Origin: an uncultured Actinomycetota bacterium
Lineage (GTDB): Bacteria > Actinomycetota > Humimicrobiia > Humimicrobiales > Humimicrobiaceae
Assembly: GCA_964517765.1 (NCBI GenBank)
Contig: CAZFEN010000005.1
Location: 5,430 to 69,429 of the forward strand
Length of the DNA: 64,000 nt
Direction of reading: 5' to 3'
Part shown: in pieces, positions 60,642 to 64,000 of the stretch
Layout of the letters: each line of letters opens with the position of its first letter
Numbering within the stretch: the first letter of the stretch is position 1
Translations under genes and position numbers: made by a program
Notes under the pieces: generated by a model
What the model saw: only the letters and a program-made list of their open reading frames with translations
Databases searched by the model: none
What the model was told of the DNA's origin: nothing

Positions 60642-61054
60642 TGAAAATTCTGGGATTAGATATAGGAGATAAAAGAATAGGAATTGCGATTTCGGATGAA
60701 CTTGAGATAATATCTACACCATTCGAAGTAATCGAAAATGATGAAAAAGTAGATGATAAAATCAGGGAAATCATAAATAAACATAATATAAAAAAAGTAG
60801 TTGTGGGAATACCTTACACCCTTAAGGGATCAGTGGGTGATCAGGCAAGAAAGACCATTGATTTTATAGATAGTACGTTTAAAAATATGAATGTAGAAGT
60901 TGAATATATGGATGAGAGGTATACTACAAAAATCCCATTAAAGCTTTTCGGTAAATATTCCAAAAAGAAGGTGCTCGATAAGTTTTCAGCGAGTATAATT
61001 CTGGAGGATTATTTAAGAAGAAAAAAAGGAAAAATTAAAAATGCCAAAAAATAA
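60641..61054 (+). CDS. ruvX: Putative pre-16S rRNA nuclease / Holliday junction resolvase-like YqgF
   Basis: MKILGLDIGDKRIGIAISD canonical N-terminus. Confidence 0.85.
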   Translation: MKILGLDIGDKRIGIAISDELEIISTPFEVIENDEKVDDKIREIINKHNIKKVVVGIPYTLKGSVGDQARKTIDFIDSTFKNMNVEVEYMDERYTTKIPLKLFGKYSKKKVLDKFSASIILEDYLRRKKGKIKNAKK

Positions 61055-62060
61055 ATTTAAAACTGTTTTTGATCTTATAATTCCGCTTATGGTATTATCT
61101 ATACTTTTCTTTTATCTGACTTCATGCAGTATTTTTAATGAAGAGAACGAAAATACTGTTCCCCCCGGTACCGGGATAGAATTTGAAATAACGGAGGGAA
61201 TGACCCTGAGCAGGGTAGCCGAGCTTTTAGAAGAAAAAGGGATAATAGATAGTGCGTTCATTTTTAGATTGTTTGTGGAACAAAGAGGCAAAGATGGAAG
61301 TTTGATACCGGGTATATATACACTCAAAGCAGGTTCGGAACATGAAGAAATCCTGGCCATAATAACAGCGGTTCCAACAGTGGTGACCTATAAATTTACG
61401 ATTCCTGAAGGTTTTACCGTAAAAGAAATCATAGAAAGAGTAGTCCGGGATGTGCCTTTTATTGAACAGGAAGATATGGAACAGGCTGCAAGTATAATTA
61501 ATTATGATTATGATTATTTAAAGGATGCAGAAAGTCTCGAAGGATTTCTGTTCCCGAAGACATATGATATTACGATAGATTATTCTGCCGGAAATATCAT
61601 TGAAATGATGCTTGCACAGTATCAGTTCGAAACCGGTAGTCTCGATTATTCACTGGCAGATAATAAAGGTCTCAGTCACTATGACATACTGAAGATCGCA
61701 TCAATGATAGAAAGAGAAGCTTATATAGCCGAAGAAAGAGCATTGATTTCAGCAGTAATACATAACAGGTTAGATATTGAAATGAGTCTGGGTGTAGACG
61801 CTACCTTAAGTTACTATTTAGATAAAGGGGAGGAAGAGCTAACCGAGAGTGATTTACAGAATGACACGGAGTATAATACCAGACTATATGCCGGATTACC
61901 GCCAACTCCTATATGTAATCCAGGTCTGGCCTGTATTGAAGCAGCTTTAAATCCTGAGCCAGACGTAGAATATTTATATTTCAAGATTACCGATACAGAG
62001 AATCACAGGCATTCATTTTTTAATACTTACCAGGAATTCCTGGATGCAAAAGTTAAATAG
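61041..62060 (+). CDS. mltG: Endolytic murein transglycosylase MltG (YceG-like)
   Basis: N-terminal TM, YceG-like domain (LIPGIYTLKAG; GLPPTPICNPG). Confidence 0.85.
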   Translation: MPKNKFKTVFDLIIPLMVLSILFFYLTSCSIFNEENENTVPPGTGIEFEITEGMTLSRVAELLEEKGIIDSAFIFRLFVEQRGKDGSLIPGIYTLKAGSEHEEILAIITAVPTVVTYKFTIPEGFTVKEIIERVVRDVPFIEQEDMEQAASIINYDYDYLKDAESLEGFLFPKTYDITIDYSAGNIIEMMLAQYQFETGSLDYSLADNKGLSHYDILKIASMIEREAYIAEERALISAVIHNRLDIEMSLGVDATLSYYLDKGEEELTESDLQNDTEYNTRLYAGLPPTPICNPGLACIEAALNPEPDVEYLYFKITDTENHRHSFFNTYQEFLDAKVK

Positions 62061-62676
62061 CAATACAGCAATAAAAGATTTAATAGAAGAAAAGAAATTA
62101 TTGCGCAGGTTACAGAAGAAAGCGGAACTGGAAAAAATACCAATAATTGATATAACTGCGGGAAGATTTCTTGAAATGGTCTGTTTTTTTATCCAACCAA
62201 AAAGTATCCTGGAGATCGGGTGCGGAACGGGTTTTTCATCTTATTTTCTTATAAAAAATCTGAAGGGGGGTTCCTACACTGGAATAGATTTAAATAGAGA
62301 AAGAATCAAGGAAGCAAAAAAATTCATTGTGAATGAATTTGGGGAGAAAGAAATCCGGTTTCTTACGGGTAATGCATTAAATATAATACCCGGTCTTAAA
62401 GGAAAGTTTGATCTTGTATTTATAGATGCTGCAAAATATGAGTATCCTCTCTACTTAAAAGCTGTTGAAAGTAAGTTAAAAACAGGAGCAATGATAATTG
62501 CGGATAATATATTTTATAGCGGCAAGATTTTTAAAAAAGAAATAAACAGGCATGACTTAAAAAGTGTAAAAGGGATAAAGGAATATATTGATCATACAAG
62601 TAATTCCAAAAGATTCAACAGTCATTTTATCGACATTGGTGACGGTATATCTATAACGGAATTTTCTAAAAAATAA
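62044..62676 (+). CDS. trmR: Class I SAM-dependent O-methyltransferase, family 3 (YrrM/TrmR-like tRNA 5-hydroxyuridine methyltransferase)
   Basis: ILEIGCGTGFSSYFL motif I and FDLVFIDAAK; gene position after mltG as in B. subtilis yrrL-yrrM. Confidence 0.7.
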   Translation: MQKLNSNTAIKDLIEEKKLLRRLQKKAELEKIPIIDITAGRFLEMVCFFIQPKSILEIGCGTGFSSYFLIKNLKGGSYTGIDLNRERIKEAKKFIVNEFGEKEIRFLTGNALNIIPGLKGKFDLVFIDAAKYEYPLYLKAVESKLKTGAMIIADNIFYSGKIFKKEINRHDLKSVKGIKEYIDHTSNSKRFNSHFIDIGDGISITEFSKK

Positions 62677-62687
62677 ATTGTAAAATC

Positions 62688-63926
62688 ATGATAAAAAATA
62701 AAAAAATACCCGAACTTCTTGTACCGGCAAATAATCTGAATATTTTGAAATACGCAGTAAGCTACGGTGCGGATGCTGTATATGTTGGAGGAAAAGAATT
62801 TAATTTAAGGAGCATCAGGGGAAATTTTACACTTCCGGAACTTGAAGAAGGGGTGGAGTACACGCATAAAAATGGTGTGAAGATCTATTTTACCCTTAAT
62901 TCAGTAGTCTATGAAATGGAACTTCCCCGGTTAAAGAGATATGTTAAAAAATTAAGAGATATAGACATAGATGCGATTATAGTATCCGATCTTGGAGTCA
63001 TGGAATTAATAAAAGAATTTATTCCGGCGATGAAAATACATATAAGCACACAGTCAAATATAAACAATCACCTTGCAGTAAATTTTTTAGCAAGACTTGG
63101 AGCAAGCAGGGTAAATCTTGCAAGAGAAATAAGCTTTCACGATTTAAAAATTATTATGGAGAAAACGAATATTGAAATCGAGATATTTGTACACGGTGCT
63201 TTATGTATTTCTTATTCAGGAAGATGTATGTTGAGTAAATATATGACCGGCCGTGAAGCAAATAAAGGAGAGTGCACACACAGCTGCAGGTGGAAATATT
63301 ATTTGATGGAAGAAGAAAGAGCAAATCTATTTTTTCCGGTTGAGCAGGATAAAAAAGGAACTTATATATATAATTCGAGGGACCTTTGCCTGCTCGAAAA
63401 ATTAAAATTACTGGTAGATGCGGGTGTGTATACATTGAAAATAGAGGGAAGGATGAAAACGGAAAATTATGTGGGTCTTACGACATGGGTTTACAGAAAG
63501 GCACTCGATTACATCAAGAATGATAAATTTACCACTGATAAAGTATCCTACCTGACCGGTGAGCTGGATAAATGTACTCATCGTAATTTTACTCAAGGAT
63601 TTATGTTTTTAAAAGATAAAAGCGAACTTGAGAATAATGAAAATGTAGGTTATATAACAAAATACAGATTTATCGGAGTTTACCATGATTTCAATTCCGT
63701 GCATAACGGACCTATCATAAATGTGAAGAACCAGTTCAGAGTCGGAGAAGTCGTGGATATTTTACAGCCCCACAAGAATCCTGAAAAGTTTAAAATTGGA
63801 AAATTGATATCGGTTGCGGATGAAACAAAACTAAAATATGCAAATCCAAACGATCGGGTCATCTTGTGCGGTCTTGGTAAAGTAAGCCCATTTTCAATTT
63901 TCAGAATTAAAAGCATCGGGATTTAG
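62688..63926 (+). CDS. trhP: Peptidase U32 family protein (YrrO/TrhP-like tRNA hydroxylation protein)
   Basis: ELLVPANNL...GADAVYVGG N-terminus and the U32 signature region (E..G.LCIS.SGRC). 412 aa, as for YrrO. Confidence 0.8.
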   Translation: MIKNKKIPELLVPANNLNILKYAVSYGADAVYVGGKEFNLRSIRGNFTLPELEEGVEYTHKNGVKIYFTLNSVVYEMELPRLKRYVKKLRDIDIDAIIVSDLGVMELIKEFIPAMKIHISTQSNINNHLAVNFLARLGASRVNLAREISFHDLKIIMEKTNIEIEIFVHGALCISYSGRCMLSKYMTGREANKGECTHSCRWKYYLMEEERANLFFPVEQDKKGTYIYNSRDLCLLEKLKLLVDAGVYTLKIEGRMKTENYVGLTTWVYRKALDYIKNDKFTTDKVSYLTGELDKCTHRNFTQGFMFLKDKSELENNENVGYITKYRFIGVYHDFNSVHNGPIINVKNQFRVGEVVDILQPHKNPEKFKIGKLISVADETKLKYANPNDRVILCGLGKVSPFSIFRIKSIGI

Positions 63927-64000
63927 AACATATGGAGCTAAAATATAATAAAAGTTATAAAAGTTTAAGAAGTTGAAAATATAAAAGTTTTTTAGTATTA

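Overview
The window is about 64 kb from a low-GC, probably anaerobic bacterium and has no rRNA, tRNA or CRISPR array. The order of its housekeeping genes resembles that of Firmicutes. The gene blocks from start to end are as follows.

- **1-8.5 kb, xylose utilisation:** 3'-truncated xylB(-), a xylA-like isomerase(-), then xylF/xylG/xylH(+) and a ROK-family regulator (XylR-like).
- **8.6-15.5 kb, second sugar locus:** a carbohydrate ABC uptake system with no ATPase gene (family-1 SBP plus two permeases), a GH3 beta-glucosidase/xylosidase and a Zn-dependent polyol dehydrogenase. The SBP and GH3 genes have higher GC than their surroundings.
- **15.5-19.3 kb:** a small hypothetical membrane protein(+), GTP-dependent PEP carboxykinase(+) and a DUF1015 protein(-).
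- **19.5-30.1 kb, hydrogenase:** hypB, then hydB/hydG/hydD/hydA in the order of a cytoplasmic group-3b NAD(P)-linked [NiFe] hydrogenase (sulfhydrogenase type), an endopeptidase gene and an 87-aa orphan ORF, with hypF/hypC/hypD/hypE on the opposite strand. No hypA is present.
- **30.2-34.6 kb:** a UbiA-family prenyltransferase, a stand-alone Rieske protein, a frameshifted gene remnant and a divergent EF-G paralogue.
- **34.8-38.6 kb:** lemA, an htpX-like M48 protease, pdxS, pdxT and yebC.
- **38.6-57.6 kb, housekeeping backbone:** ruvC/ruvA/ruvB, queA, then tgt, yajC, secD, secF, recJ, rel, an MBL hydrolase, hisS and aspS. The backbone is interrupted between queA and tgt by a three-gene insertion: a DUF2179 protein, a methyltransferase–ATP-grasp fusion, and a DUF1003 protein.
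- **57.6-64 kb:** a ~375-nt leader upstream of alaS, then alaS, ruvX, mltG, a trmR-like O-methyltransferase and a U32 peptidase (TrhP-like).

The most notable regulatory signals are a duplicated ~100-nt leader upstream of both sugar SBP genes, stem-loops immediately after both SBP genes, a symmetric divergent-promoter palindrome between xylA and xylF, and a permease gene that has no canonical start codon. The best candidate for something undescribed is the methyltransferase–ATP-grasp fusion and its two DUF neighbours.
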